Origin: Epiperipatus broadwayi
Taxonomy: Eukaryota > Animalia > Onychophora
Assembly: GCA_028023455.1 (NCBI GenBank)
Contig: JAQFVV010000006.1
Coordinates: 15,872,001 to 15,936,000, forward strand
Direction: 5' to 3'
Length of the DNA: 64,000 nt
A program made the translations under genes and the position numbers. Shown piece after piece: positions 38,398-52,517 of the stretch (position 1 is its first letter; every line of letters begins with the position of its first letter). The notes under the pieces were generated by a model. It was not told where the DNA came from and did not search any database. It saw only the letters and a list, made by a program, of their open reading frames with translations.

Positions 38398-39224
38398 TTT
38401 TCTCTTAAATAGTTTTTTTTTTTTGGTAATAGATAAACAATCGTGACTGCAAATAAAAATAATCAAACTGTTAAGTCATGTGATACTTGAGCACCAGAAC
38501 GGACAAAATGGGTTTCAATCCAGGAATTTTCGGTCCACATATCCTTCACTTATCACTGTGTTTAACAAGGCACTCATTCAAGGCTGTGAAACTTTTAATG
38601 TAGAATCGTATCTTAAAAGGTTTTTATTCAGTATCATATCACGTGAAAAAAATTGACCAATCATTCAGCAATACATTTCAGAATGGTTATGTTCCTTCAT
38701 ATTGATGCGTTTATCATTATTAATATATGACAAGAAATTGCTATATTTGATAAAAGATTAATGTTTCTCCAAAGCAGCTGATAATGGAGGTTTCCTGAAA
38801 CTTATGTATACTATAGAGTGATTGGTTAATTTTTTCATGTGATATGGTAGACCAATAATGAATGCTTCACAAACTGTGATTGGAATTGACATTTCTTCAT
38901 TCTTAACATGTATGTAATGATAAATAATATTTTTGTACTTGATTTATCAAGTCACATGATAATTACTAAGTATATTTAATTAATGGTTGAACTATCTTCA
39001 ACCGGCCATGATCAATAATCCTTTACAGTAGAAAAATGATCACTTCGTAGATTGTCATTAATTTTATAAAATATATCACACATTTTGAAACTCTATAATA
39101 ATAAGAAAAAGAATATATATGTATAATGATAAATACTGATACACATTGGGTAAATGTAAAGTTAGATGATAATTGTCAAAGTTGAACTACTCTCCCGTGC
39201 TTTTTTTTGCTATAGCCAAAACTT

Positions 39225-39625
39225 TTTACAGTAGTGTCACCTAGTGCAAGCTCTTCTAATCAATGCATGGTAGAAGGTCATGGATCATAATCCTTATCCA
39301 GTGCTTTTCCATCCAATATTCCCAAACTAATTTCTAGATTATGACCTTCATCAATGAAGAACCTTGCATCTGGAAGCACTGCACCTGAATATTTGGAACT
39401 AACACACACACCCCTCCAATACTCACCTTTTACCTTTTTGTTTAACTGTAAAGCTATCAACCGAAACTGAAAATCCAATAAAATTATCAATCCAAATTAG
39501 TTATTCTGTATAGTCATATGGCTTTGAATCCAGTTCAGGGTCTATAGTTTTGGTTTAATTTTGCTACTGTTTGACTGCTTGTGTAAGCATGAAGAAAATA
39601 TGATCATGTGATGTTTTAAGGATTT
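39225..39625 (-). mobile_element. HHR family A element with tail
   Basis: Left arm, HHR relic at 39321-39358 (UUGAUGA), internal region shared with 6120-6330 and 57580-57800, tail gcttgtgtaagcatgaag...atgatcatgtgatgtttt. Flanking near-repeats are aactttttacagtag and aaccttttactgtag. Confidence 0.75.
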
Positions 39626-39963
39626 AACCTTTTACTGTAGAAAAATGATCATTGTGTTTCAATTATTATTTTTTTGTATAGAGTTATCCAGAGCAATAAC
39701 TAGAGAGTAATCTTAAATTCAAAGGCAATTTATATAGCTTGGAGTGCACTTAATGAAGAAAAGAATATGTTAGAATCTCTAATTGCTTTGCAATTAAATA
39801 TTGGCTAATTTATGAAGAATTGCAGAGGCAAATTCACACAATTAATTATAAATTCAATAGTATGAGGCGTGTTTAAATTTCAGTTAGGGGTCAATAAGAA
39901 AGATCACTTATAAATAAATTTTATGCTACTATTTGAATTGATGATGAAATTTTCTCAATAATG

Positions 39964-40070
39964 GTCAAGCATTGGTGGTCGAGAGGTCAGTCACAGCTGC
40001 TTTACAAGCAGTTGTTCCGGGTTAGCAAGTTCACTTCCCAGCTGATACTATGACACATGAGAAAAAAAAA
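39964..40070 (+). mobile_element. Short tRNA-derived SINE, copy 2
   Basis: gtcaagcattggtggtcgagaggtcag...tatgacacatgag(A)9. TSD-like aaatt(t)tctcaataat / aaattcccaataat. Confidence 0.8.
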
Positions 40071-40989
40071 TTCCCAATAATATTTTATTATAATAGATTC
40101 AAGTAACAGAAACAAATAAGAGGCTAAAGTCCCTTGACAACATTATCAGATTTCCAATTCAGTTTTTGTGGCTCATGATTAAAATTATTACAGTATATGC
40201 ACCTGGGAGAATAGTTTTAAAGAAAATAAATACAATATTTTACCACTAGAGGGAAAAAAGAGATAAATGAGTTAAATTGATAACTAAGGTTTATATAATG
40301 AAGATTTTCAATACAATGCAAAAAAACACAACACTAATTACATCAAATATGATACATAAGACTGAGTAATGGTGTGCTAATAATTATTAGAAATAATTCA
40401 AAACTACTTGAATAAAATAAAAACTATTTCACAAGTTAAATTAAATGTCCAGTTTCAAATTACACACATTTCCCCCCTCCCCCATGTTATTGTTTGAGAA
40501 AAATACTAAAAACTCAAGCAAAACTATTAGTTTTAAGCATACTTTAAATGTATTGAGTATACATTGTGCAGTAAAATCTGCTACCCTGAAGCCTTCTAGA
40601 GTAAATAACTAACTAGTAGAAAAATATTTTTTCACTAAATTAAGATTTATGGAATAAAATTCAATTATATACAATAAACACTAAAACATCAAACATCTTT
40701 CATGATGTAGAAGTCAGTTCTCAATTTAATTATCTTTTTTTTTTCTATCCCTAGCACTAAAAATGTTTTATACATTTTTAAAAGGTTCTCTTTGTGCATA
40801 TATTTTAATAATTTAGCCATGTATCCACCCCCAAAAAACTCAAAATAACTAATAAAATGGTGAAATTCTAAATTTCTAAAACTTAAGTTATCACTTTAAT
40901 TTGCTTATCACTTTCTATCGAAAGCATTAAATGTGTTTAACTTATTTCTTTTGTGTTTTTCTAGTTATGGTTTCTATAATGAAAATGAG

Positions 40990-41145
40990 AGAACAGATGA
41001 AGAAGATTGACTTTGTTGGATGAGAGATGGGAAAAGATATGTGAAATTGAAGATCAAACAGAACAGAATGAAATGGGTGAAGTCACAGAAAGGCTGCTGT
41101 CAGGACCTGTCCTTAGAACAGAGCACTGTTGATTGATGAGTACTG
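40990..41145 (+). mobile_element. Possible LINE 3'-end fragment
   Basis: Purine-rich segment ending caggacctgtccttagaacagagcactg, then gattgatga repeats. It resembles LINE 3' termini. Confidence 0.35.
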
Positions 41146-41557
41146 TAATAATTTTAATCATGGGCTATAAAAACAAATTGGATAATGTTGAAGTCCTAAA
41201 AAAAATTCAAAATGAAAATCCACTAAGATGTTGGAATCTCAGACTTATGTATGGAATTGGCTAAAGTCAAAAAAAAAGATGTTGCAACAAACACTGCTAG
41301 TTGTCATGGCAACATAAAAAATTTCCCAACATTGAGTATTGCATCTAATATCCTTATCACACTTTGCCAGCTTATTTGCATTTAATTTTCTTCCGCATTT
41401 TGTTCAATTTTATTAATTTTTTTTAAAATTAGTTTCAATATGCATATAAATATTGATTTTAATCATGTTCAAAAAAAAATATTGTTAAAAACTTGATTGC
41501 TATTGAAGAAAAAAAAATTACTAAATGAAAAATCTGTAAAACAATCAATGATTTACA

Positions 41558-41768
41558 GGCAAAAGCTCTCCATACAGTAGCGCCACTCAGTGCAAGCCAG
41601 AGTAATCAATGGATGCCAGAAGGCTTGGGCATAAAATCTCTATCTAGTGCCTACTCATCTGTATCCATTGATTACTCTGGCTTGCACTGAGTGGCGCTAC
41701 TGTATGGAGAGTTTTGCCTAGCTGAATAACAGCTATGAGCAAGCATAAAAACTGGTGATCATGTGATT
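41558..41768. mobile_element. HHR family A young fold-back (no ribozyme) with tail and 11-bp TSD
   Basis: 41558-41660 is followed by a near-perfect inverted copy atccattgattactctggcttgcactgagtggcgctactgtatggagagttttgcc, then the tail. TSD aatgatttaca at 41547-41557 and 41769-41779. Confidence 0.88.
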
Positions 41769-42511
41769 AATGATTTACACTATTTAAAAAAGAAGTTGAA
41801 AAGCTTACAGATAATGAAAAGGATTTCAGTTTGAGCAGTTTACATTGCAATATTAAGGAATTAGAAACCCTTTTATAATGGGATTAATCAAAAGCTAATG
41901 GCAATATCAATGTGGTAATTATTTATGGAAAAGTTAATCAACTTCTTGAGGAATTTTTATTCTCTCCTACTATAAGTATTGGCCCTGTAAAGGAGTTTAT
42001 TACCAGTGAAGCATGCTTTACCAAATTTCAAAAAAAAAAAAAAAATACATAGGGTTACAAAGCAGGACCACAGCAAAAAAACAGAAAATTTGAAATTAAT
42101 AATCTGAGAGTTTTTATTAGGATATTGTAAACTTGCATTTTAATTTTATGCCTTTAAAAGATGAATCTTAGTTTTCATTAATATATTGCTATTTAAGTTC
42201 ATGTGCCTTTTTACATTTATGTTTGTATTTTTGTTTTGAATGGTGACATTAGTTTTGCTTGTGGTTCTGGAATGAATTATCGCTAAATACATGTAGTTCA
42301 ATGTAAGATACAACAAACTAATGCTATAACGAATGGCATTATAAAACCATTAATTCATTAAAAAGACTTCTCTCTATTATCATTTGTTAATTTCCAGAAT
42401 TATATACTTATTTATTTTTTAGTGAAATACAAACATACCTTTTTTTTTTAAGAATTCAGTATTATACAAATGCAATAGGAATTCAGTACTATACAAATGC
42501 AAATTAATAAA

Positions 42512-42815
42512 ATGGAAGGTCTGGATTTTCCTACCAGAAGGGGGAGGGCACATCTAACTATGGTCGGACTGAGGATCTTCAGGTAGGATGCTGTGAATGA
42601 CATGATGAAGTAACTAACCAATGATCTTATCTACCTCCAATTGGTTAGCTCTTGTTAATAAAATAAAATATATTGTAATGGTCCAGGTTTTCCACCAGAG
42701 GAAGAGGAATGCATCTAATTATGGTCAGACCTAGAGTCTTCAGGTAGGATGCTGTGAATGATGTGATCAAGTAACTAACCAATGATCATATCCACCTCCA
42801 ATGGGTTAGCTCTTG
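42512..42815. repeat. Tandem duplication, ~165-bp period
   Basis: Two copies of ...tcttcaggtaggatgctgtgaatga...aagtaactaaccaatgatc.tatc.acctccaat.ggttagctcttg. Confidence 0.85.
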
Positions 42816-43831
42816 GTTTACTCATTAAATCTAGATACAATTTAGGCTAGTTCATCTATATCTCACACCTTTTTCGGATTTCACTACACCTCAGTATGCA
42901 AATCCAGGGAAAATGTAGCCTTTGGCTCTCTTCAGGGATTAAATTTACTTTATGTAGCAACTAAGTTTTCACTGACCTAATATACATCCAACCCTATTGC
43001 AGTATTATGTGTTATAATAATCTGTATGTGTGTGCATATATATTTTTAATCCATTAAATTAATGAGTGAGTTTATGAATGAGTTTGACAAACTAGAGACC
43101 AATTTGATTTAAAACACATTACAAATTTTATTAATAACAGATAAAGATTCAATTTTATTCACATAGCAAAAGATGTCTTACATGTGTCCCATATGCATCT
43201 CTACCATTTCAATAACTAACTTATTCATTATACCAATTCATGCCCCATGGTAGATATTCATTAAGACACTCCTTATATACAGAGTCAATGATTAACTAAA
43301 AGCAAAAAAATAAAATAGAATAAAAGAAAAATTATTATTTCATTATCGTGATAATGATTGTGAAGCTAAATAACTATTTACAATATTATACCATGATATG
43401 TCCAATAGCTTCATGATCCAATTTCTGCTGGAGAGGTCTTCTTTGGAACACACACCCCCATGTTTAAGTTCTCTAAAGTGGATAGAAAAAGACTTTCATA
43501 CAAGAGTGTTAATCATTCACATCGAATAACTAAATGTAACAATTGTTAGTTAAAACACAAACAAGTAAATGTATAATGTAAACTCTGTTCTGTCCTAGTG
43601 AGTACAAATTAATATGGAAAAGCATCACAAATTCTTACTTCCAACCATATTATATGATGATGATGCTGACTGAATATCAAATCACTATGGAGAGAATCAT
43701 TTTATTTACAAAACAAAAAATTTCTAGCTTAATAAACCTTCACCCCCATTCAACTTGCTTCTTGAGGAATGAACTCTCCCGATTGCAAACATACTGAAAC
43801 TTCAAAATGTGAAAATAATAAAAGTAGAATT

Positions 43832-43942
43832 CGTTTTGCATTGGTGGTCAAGAGGTCAGTGTGACTGCCTTGTACTTGCAGCAGTTGCCCGGGTTGTGGG
43901 TTCGTGTCCCGGCCGATGCTATGACACATTAAAAAAAAAAAA
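43832..43942 (+). mobile_element. Short tRNA-derived SINE, copy 3
   Basis: GCATTGG...CCGATGC acceptor-like stem, B-box gggttcgtgtccc, tatgacacatt(A)12. TSD is aaaagtagaatt. Confidence 0.85.
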
Positions 43943-44840
43943 GTAGAATTTTATAAATGTATAAAGTAAAGAGAAAGAAAATATGATAATTTTGATTTTG
44001 TTCAAATCTTCTTGATTAGAGTCTATAATTTAAACATTAGTGTCTTTCATCGATACAGTCCATTCTGATAACTCTTCCATTGCTCTCCAGACTCTCCGGT
44101 AATGCTTGGACAAGATTGTTTCCATTTCAGATGCCATCCTCTCTATCAGGCTCCAATTGGACACTTCTTCTTAGGCATTAGGCATTATTTATACAGGTGA
44201 GTTACAACATCATGCTTCATAGCAATTAAAACAGCATCCCAGTCCTATGGCACATTTATCTACCCAATATACATTGTTAGGTATTTTAAAAAAAAAGATT
44301 TAAATTTTCTTCAGCTTATTATTGGCCATCAGTAAATTTACATGATGGAAAGTTTTATTTCATCCTTTATCAGTATGTGCTGGCTATATACAACATTCCT
44401 TTTTTTTCTTGTTCGATTGCAGTCTTCTGTCTTCAATTATCACTATAAAATTAATTCAATTCTTTTATTACACTGCTAAAGGTCATTGATTTTTGCCTTG
44501 TTAAATGTTGAAGATGATTTGCTTTAATTTTCAGCACTTTAAAATTTTATACAGAATAGATAATATCTTCAAACATATCGTCCATTTTATCCTTTGTTTT
44601 AATGTTCGATATTAAGCTATTCGCTGCTTGCAGTTATTATAAAACTTGATAAAATGTGAAAAAAATGCACTGAGTTTGTATTTATACTAGGACTTAACAT
44701 CCATTGTCCAGGAAACCCGCATTTTCAATTTCATTTTCTATCACTGCAGGTGCCTATTGTTACAAATTAATGTTTGATATTGATGTTACGTGATAGAAAT
44801 ATGTAGTAAAATTATATAGTAAAACTTTATTTTCTTTTTG

Positions 44841-44885
<45 letters not shown>

Positions 44886-46084
44886 AGGTTTCTAAGATTA
44901 AGCTTTTTTCCCCCATTAAAAAGGAGCATTTACTTCATTTCAACATTATTTTGATTTGGTACTTATTAAAACAAACTTTAAGTGTGTGCGTATTTACATG
45001 TCTATTTGCAAATAAAAAATAACATGTACCTATTATTTCAGTTATGTCTTTTTATGGGTTTAGTCTACTACTGTGGACATATAAGGATGGGTTTGACATG
45101 GGTTGTAAGCTACCCTTATAATATAATACTTGAAAAACCTCATGCTGCACTTAGCACATTTCTCTATCACATCAGTGACCTGACTTCCAGTCCTGGCAGG
45201 TAAAACAATATTTTTTGTTAAATTTCTGATCAGGTTTAAAATCTTTCTTTATAATAGTCAGCCCATAGAAATTCAATTAATCATATTAATCCTAAATGAT
45301 CATTTATTTACTTAGTTGCTAGAGAGTCAAATGAGCTTGAACAGATATTTAAAATCTTACCACCTGCAAACATGATGAAAGCCTCTTGTTCTTACTGCTC
45401 ATCTTCTCCTTTACTTTTTTTGCATTAATCTTTATATATTCATATATACAAGAGCAACTTATAGAGGCTCTGATGAAGACTGCAGGATAGTTGAAACTGT
45501 AAGCAAAATAAAGAAGGAAATATATAAAAAAAGATTGCATTAAAGTGTATAAGAGGAGATGATAAAGAATTTTAGTATATATGAAATCTTGAAATATCTC
45601 AATTAATTTCAAAATATAAGTGATAATAGGGTTGAATTTGATTAATGTGGGACTTGAATTAATATTTTTCATAGAGCTTCTCAAAATATGAACTAAATAG
45701 CATTTCATTTGGACAATTTACTTTCTTTCAAATGTAACACAGCCATATCTTTATTTTCCATCACTGTGCAAGCACTCAGAAGACAACTTGCAGTAAGTGT
45801 TGTGAGACTGTGTATACTTCTCTGTTACAGTAGTCAGTGGATGTGACAATGAAGTTAGTTAACTCTGTGTAAACATCGTATAGATAACTAATAGAACAAA
45901 CCAGTATCCAAAATATGTCAGGGTTCAATGTAAAAAAAAAATTGAATATATAGATATATAAAATTCAAATGGCTCTATTGATCATGGGTTCATAAAACGT
46001 TTGATTGGAAAAGGGACCAGCACTGGAATTGATCTTTAAACTCCTCATTCCACGTAAGAATAGTGTATATACTTTTAAGCTAGA

Positions 46085-46265
46085 TATAATTAGAGGGATT
46101 TGAACCCAGACTTTGAAGCTCCCTTTAGTCATCCACTACATCTTATTTAACCGAAACACACGTCCACATACATACGAAATATGTATATTAGAGATCATTT
46201 ATTTTTTTCGCATGGAATGGATGACTAAAGGGAATTTGAGAAAGCCTGAGTTCAAATCCCTTCTA
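46085..46265. mobile_element. HHR family B-related fold-back
   Basis: 46092-46135 is the reverse complement of 46218-46263 (B-box region). 46174-46203 (acgaaatatgtatattagagatcatttatt) is the 3' half of the family B ribozyme. Confidence 0.6.
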
Positions 46266-47271
46266 ATTTTTAATTTCGCAAACTTTAATAAATACAAGGT
46301 GTCCCTCAAGGGCAAGGCTTGATTGGGTGCAATCAGCCTATTTGGTTCTTATCCGACCCTGAGTAACAACATATAATTAAATAGCATGGAGGCATTTAAT
46401 TCCTCCATTTTTAACTCAATAAATAAGTAACGTAAATAATAGTATTTTTTCTTTAACTTTATCGCAATTAGATAATAATAATAAAAAAACATTCCAGATA
46501 TGAATTCTTAAAATTTGAAAGGAAATAAAGTTTAATTATTTAGAACGTTAATGAAAGATTAGCCTTTTTTAGTTTATAAAATTGTTAGTTAAAAATAAAT
46601 GTCTGTTTTTATTAATTTTTTTTATTTTAAAATAGTTCTCCAACTGTATTATCAGAACGAAGAAGCGAGGGTAAGGAGCAACTTGAAAGAAAGTTTTAAA
46701 AAGCTTTAAAAAAAATGATGATATTCTGAAATTATTATATAAATTAAATAATTACTGATGTAAGTCGTAATCCCGGAGGAGACGAAAGATTAAAAGCATA
46801 CTTGTTCAGATAATGAAATATGTAGACAAGCTCCGATACCCCGTTCTTTCTTTCATCTTTTTGTTATCTGTCTGCGTTTTTTCCATTCCTTCTAATTATT
46901 TATTTATCTACTCTTAACATAACTATAGACATACTTTCTTTTTTTTCTAAGAAATGGTGTTATATGTAGATTTCAGGTGTGATAGAGTAGTGGATTCCAA
47001 GCTAAAAATTCCAGGTTCGATTCTCATCTAAGTAATATGATGATTTTTTTAAAAATAAAATCTCGCTTCAGTCACTTGAATATCACAAGACCTTCTGAGC
47101 AACTAACCGGTCATACAATTATTATTATTGTAAAGCAATGCAACTTCTTTTCTCATTTTAGAGTATGCAAGGATATTCATGAATTAAAGATTATCAATGG
47201 AAACTTAAGGCTACCATTTCTGTCCTTGAATGACGGATGAGCTCCTTAGAGACAAAACCTATTCGATTATT

Positions 47272-47482
47272 AAAACAGTAGCAACGTTCTCCATACAATA
47301 GTGCCCACCTAGTGCAAGCCATGGTAATCAATGCTAGAAAGTTTGTGCATCAAAATCTCTACCTAGTGCCTACTTATCCAATATCTCCAATCTACTTTCT
47401 AGCTTATGACATTAGTTGGCATTATTATATAAAGAAAATTGCTGGTTGTGTAAGCATAAGAATTGGTGGTCATGTGATGCTT
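47272..47482 (-). mobile_element. HHR family A element truncated inside the ribozyme, with tail
   Basis: Left arm runs to ...tttctagcttatgac (stem II), then tail gctggttgtgtaagcataagaattggtggtcatgtgatg. Confidence 0.75.
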
Positions 47483-50400
47483 AATTATTTTTTAGTTGTA
47501 TGGCTTAATGCACTTGTAGAATAATAACTATAAAAATCAAAGTTTATAGATCACAGCTTAATTACTTCACCTCCTGTGCTTGATTTTTATATGACCCTTT
47601 GAGCAACAAACAGTAAGTTATTGTTTTTAATGACCTAGGTAACAAAGGTCAAGATCCTAGTTTAAATTCATGTAAAACTTGCAGTTGCAAAGTTTGAACC
47701 AGAATAACTTGGATTTTTAAAATGGATATAAAATTTCTGCTTAAAGAAAGTAGAGTGTAAGATAATATTATTTCAGTATTTCCACTAGCTCTATACTAAG
47801 CAAAGCATCATGTGACTTTCTCAACTTGCTTTAAACATCTCCATTAGTATTAGTAGTCCGTTCCATTTATCCACTATGGAACCATCTATTACAAACTTTA
47901 ATAATTAATATGCTTTAGGTAGTAATGCAAATACAATTCTTAGTGTAGTTTCTTTCTGATTGTTCGACCTTGTCCATGAATATTGAAATTTACACGCACA
48001 TATATCCAGAAGTCTCCGATACTTCTTTCATAGTATCCAAGTCAATTATCGTTAGACTCTGTTACATTCAGTTTACCTGTGTGTCTAAAAGCCTAAAAGC
48101 ATTTATGCAGTCTCATGCTTTTAATGATCTGCTTCGTCAATATAAAATATATTAACCCTTTTTTAAAAAAAGTTTATTAATGTGAAGCATTGTTTTATCT
48201 ATTTTTTATTTTGAGTCTTCAAATATAATTTTCCAGATATTCAATTGTTGCAAAGTTTTCATTTTCTATTACCTATTTAAAGCTTTACAACGGTGAAGAC
48301 GCTTTTCTATATAAAAAAAAAAAAACAACAAATTATGTTATTTGATATAGATAAAAACGGTTTACAAATAATCCACTCCAGGTCTTTCCAAGAGTCTCTC
48401 ATACAACAACACTAAAGAATAAAGTTTACCAATAGCCTTTTCAATTTTCAGATGGAATGATTTGAGTTGTGTTGCATCATGATTTTATTCTCTGGATTAG
48501 AATTAGATACCCATTTACCAACCAGTATTAGATGGTTCATCAAATTCATTATGAAATAGCTATCTGAAAAAGTTCTAAGTTATGATTGGAACCTGAAATG
48601 CTTTTTATAAGTTTTACCTAAATCCAGATTCGAACCAAGTTCATGGAAATGGAAAGTAGATATTTTATCTCTATATATCATAACGTCATTTTTTTTTTCA
48701 TTTCTAAATATCACTTCAATTCTGTTTTTAAAAAAAAATTATTTTTTTAAATTTATTTTACTAAATGCTTTATCTAATTTAGCTGCATATGAACAAATAA
48801 AACAAATTATTTAAACTCATTCAACAGAGTAAAAATGTTAAGGTGGAACGTTAAGTATTATAAGTGAAAAAAGATTTGAACGATTCTATCACATGACTCT
48901 CATATAGTCAAAAGCAGTCTTTTCATCTTAGTCTAAATTATTTATTTAAGCTTAAGTAATCAATAAATGGTGATTTTATAGCATTATATCATTTTTTTGT
49001 TACTAAATTACTCAAGTCTACAATAGATGGCTCTAGAATAGGTAGGAGACTTGGAAGCATAAGAATGAGCAAAGGAAGTCACATGATATTATTTGCGGGA
49101 TTAACCTGCTTAGGCAAAGGAAAAAAGACCATATACTGTACTTGTTATAAAACTGAAGTCTAAAAAATATATAAAAACGATTTTGTGTCAGAACTATATA
49201 ACTAGGAAAGTAAGTCAATTTGGGTTGAAAATCTTGTCTTAATAGATAGCTCCTAAATACTCGAATGCATTTGCTCCAGTTTTGCAATTCTAATTGAACC
49301 AATCTGGGTATTAGTATACTATATGACTACAGCATTATTTGATATCAGTTGCTTACCCAAATCTAAAAGTGATGGGTCTATAATAGAGTAAAAGAAAACT
49401 GTTCTTCACAAAAATAATAATATTAGCAGATTTTGAGGCTTGTCATATTATTTCTAGTACTAACATAAATAGGGCATTTATATATATGACATATTTTGCG
49501 AGTTCATCTATAACCCAAGAAAACATTTGTATGAACATATATATAAATATTAAATGTATGAAGTTATCGATTTCAATTAACTTAATTAAAAAGCACTTAA
49601 CCTAGAACAACTGTCCCAGGACAAGAGTTAAAGTAAACTGACAGGCTGATTACTTCTAAAGGAGGATCTTATTTTGCCACTCTAGATCTAGAATAAAGAT
49701 CAAAGCACTGCAGTTTACATGTATAGGTATAAGAAGTGAATGTATAACTAATTTTTCAATTGTGTATGTGCATTCTAGTACATTTTATAACAAGATAAAT
49801 GGTAGTTTTTCTCAACCTTTTAAGGATCTCATGGGACATACTCAAACTCTGGGATTTAAATCCAAGCTGGATGTGCTGATCATAATCAAGTTTAAATTTT
49901 AACCAAACTTAGATTTTTTTTTCTTTTAAGTACATGAATTATAGCCATTTAATTAGTCAGTAAAGATACTGGTTTAATTAGAATTAAGTTTATGAGTGTC
50001 ACTGCATTGATATATATTATTGGCAGGGGAGGTCTCATACTCCTCAGGTTACTAAATCCATAATTTACAAAAAAAATTTATTGTATATTCAATCTTTTGT
50101 AAAGACCAATTAAAGTGTTCATGGTATAATATTACCCTATCTGCTCATCAATATTAAGATCCAGATTTAAATCCGGGCCAAATAAAATTATGAAAAATTT
50201 TAGCTTGTATTCAGATATAGGATTTATTTTTTAGGCAGTCAAACTCCCATATTGGGCGTAAATGTGCCCCTAGCTAATCATAGTAGAAAATAAAATAAGA
50301 ATGAAAAATTGATTAATCTGTATTTATCAACAATTAACAAGTCTATTTAATGATAACAGGCTTCTTCTTTTCCTTTATGAAGAATTATTGTGAAATCTTT

Positions 50401-50498
50401 TCTCTGCGATGGGCTTTAAAGAGTGTTTTCACATACTTTTTAAAGTTTTTTTATTGTTTGTTTATTTGTTTTACCATCTAAACTGAGAATGACTAGAT

Positions 50499-51750
50499 AC
50501 CTATTTTCCAAGCAATAATGAGATGGATTTTGTTTTCAATCTCTTCTTGTTACTCTTAATGTACATTCTCCATAATACCTATTTTCCAACCAATAGTGAA
50601 ATGGATTTCATTTTCCACTCTTTCTTGATTCTTTTAATATATATCTCTTCATATTTCATTGGTGGATCTGATGTCTATCTATTGCTCTTCTGTTAAGTAT
50701 CCAAGTCACAGATCCATAAGTAAGAACTAGTAAAATACATTTATTAAAAGCCTTCCTTTCAAACATCCCCTACCAATAGCAATCTGTCCAAGTTTAATTC
50801 TAAGATTAATTTTTAACTCTTATGTTTTCATCGTATTTGTAATTGTTAACTTTTTTTTATACATCTTTATCAATCCTTACTTTTTCTCTTTTGAAAAAAT
50901 TCATTGAACATTACTTTAATCTTTTTTAGCACTTACCTTGAATCCTATTTTCTTCTTTCATCTGATAAGTTTTGCAACATTTCCTGAAGCTCTGGAGCAT
51001 TATTTGCAAAAGCAATTACATCATCTGCAAAAGCTAGATAACTTACTAATCTACATTTATTTTTACTCCTTTAACTTCTTATCTTAATCCACAAAATATT
51101 TTTTGCAAAACTTTGGTAATAAGTTTTGGATGAAGTCACTCTGTCTTACACCCTTTTCAGTGTTATATTCCTGATATCTCTATGTAATCTAAACATTTCT
51201 GTTAGATTTTCCTAAATATTCTTCAGAATATGACAATGTCTTGAGTCTATATCTTGATGATTCAGTGCTTTAATCAGTGAAGAAATCCTTATAGAAACAA
51301 AAGCCTTTTCAAAATCTATAAATTCAAAGCACAGTGACGACTCATATTTATTGGTCTTTTCTATAACTTCTCTCACTACTTGGATGTGATTCCACTGTGC
51401 AGAAATCACTTTTAAATCCAGTTTGCTCTTTTGATTAGTTTAAATCCAAAGTTTGCATGGGTGAGAGAACAAACAGGTGTTAGTACCATCATAGAAAAAA
51501 ATTTAAGAGAATGAAGCGGAGCTGGGCTGGACATATTGTTAGAAGAGATGATAATAGAGGGATTGGTGAAACGAACTGAATTCCAAAAGATTGAAAAAAG
51601 ACCTAGAAAGAGACCGCGTGTGAGTTGGTTGGATGAAATGAAAACGTGTGCTGGACTAATGTGGAGAAGAGATTGAAACAACTGGATTAAATGTGGAGAG
51701 ATCTTCACTTCTTGCGGTGTATTGATTATGGTTGAAAACGATGATGATGA
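50499..51750. mobile_element. RTE-clade LINE with 5' inversion (RT on minus 50499-51410, C-terminus on plus 51420-51750)
   Basis: Minus strand: FIDFEKAF, YLAFADDV, LTYGSVTW. Plus strand continues WVREQTGV...SWAGHIVRR...RPRVSW to a (GAT)n tail. TSD actagat at 50492-50498 and 51751-51757. Confidence 0.85.
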
Positions 51751-52517
51751 ACTAGATGGATTGCTCGATTGATCATTTTTAAAAAAAAGTTCTCGTGAAG
51801 TTTTTCCAGTTGGTATCCCAGGTTTGAGCTTGACAAATGAATGCGATAATAGGCAACGAGGGATTTTTTTATTATTCTCTATATTTTAAATATGATCACA
51901 ATAAATTTATATAAGTGTGTGTGTGTGCGTGTATAAAAAAAGTAAACGAACGAGGTTGTTTTAAATTTTAGTTTACATTTAACTAACACTATTTATTATT
52001 CAACTCTAAACAACCTTCAGTCATGTATACTTATTTTATTATTGACTAAAGATAGTAATAGCACTTTAGAAAATGAAACATTTCATTTGATGAAAAAGCA
52101 CACTTTCTTTTTTAATAAAAAAAAAAAAAGTAACTACTTTCTTCTTTCAATCGCCGTTTTAAATAGAATATTCCATTTCAATCAAAAAGATGGCGAAGGC
52201 TGTTCATCTATTTTTATCATCATGCGACAAGTGGAATGTACCATTAAATTGGATTAATAAAAAAGAGAAACTGGAATCTGATTTTAAATGAGGTTTTTAC
52301 ATGTTTATCATGTTTGTAAAAAATAATAATTAATTAAGTTACTAAAACTATGAAATAAGTAATAACTAAAATCGATTTCTTTTATCTTTTTTTTTTTAAA
52401 ATATCATGTATATGTGTATGTATACATATACGTGTGCAGAGTCCAAAAAAAGCATCTAACTACATAATCTTGGGGTAGGGGGTAGGAATGAATATTAAAC
52501 CTTAACAACTTTTTGGA

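Noticed and set aside
44050-44196. GC-richer segment with a CAG|GTGAGT donor
   Set aside because: There is no recognisable product on either strand. It may be a LINE 3' relic and is too weak to call.
45361-45496. Minus-strand exon candidate inside ORF 45349-45708
   Set aside because: One frame is open but the peptide is unrecognisable, and splice-like sites are common by chance in AT-rich DNA.
46151-46166. GAAAC ACAC GTC, an HHR 3' half
   Set aside because: There is no upstream CUGANGA or stem I partner.
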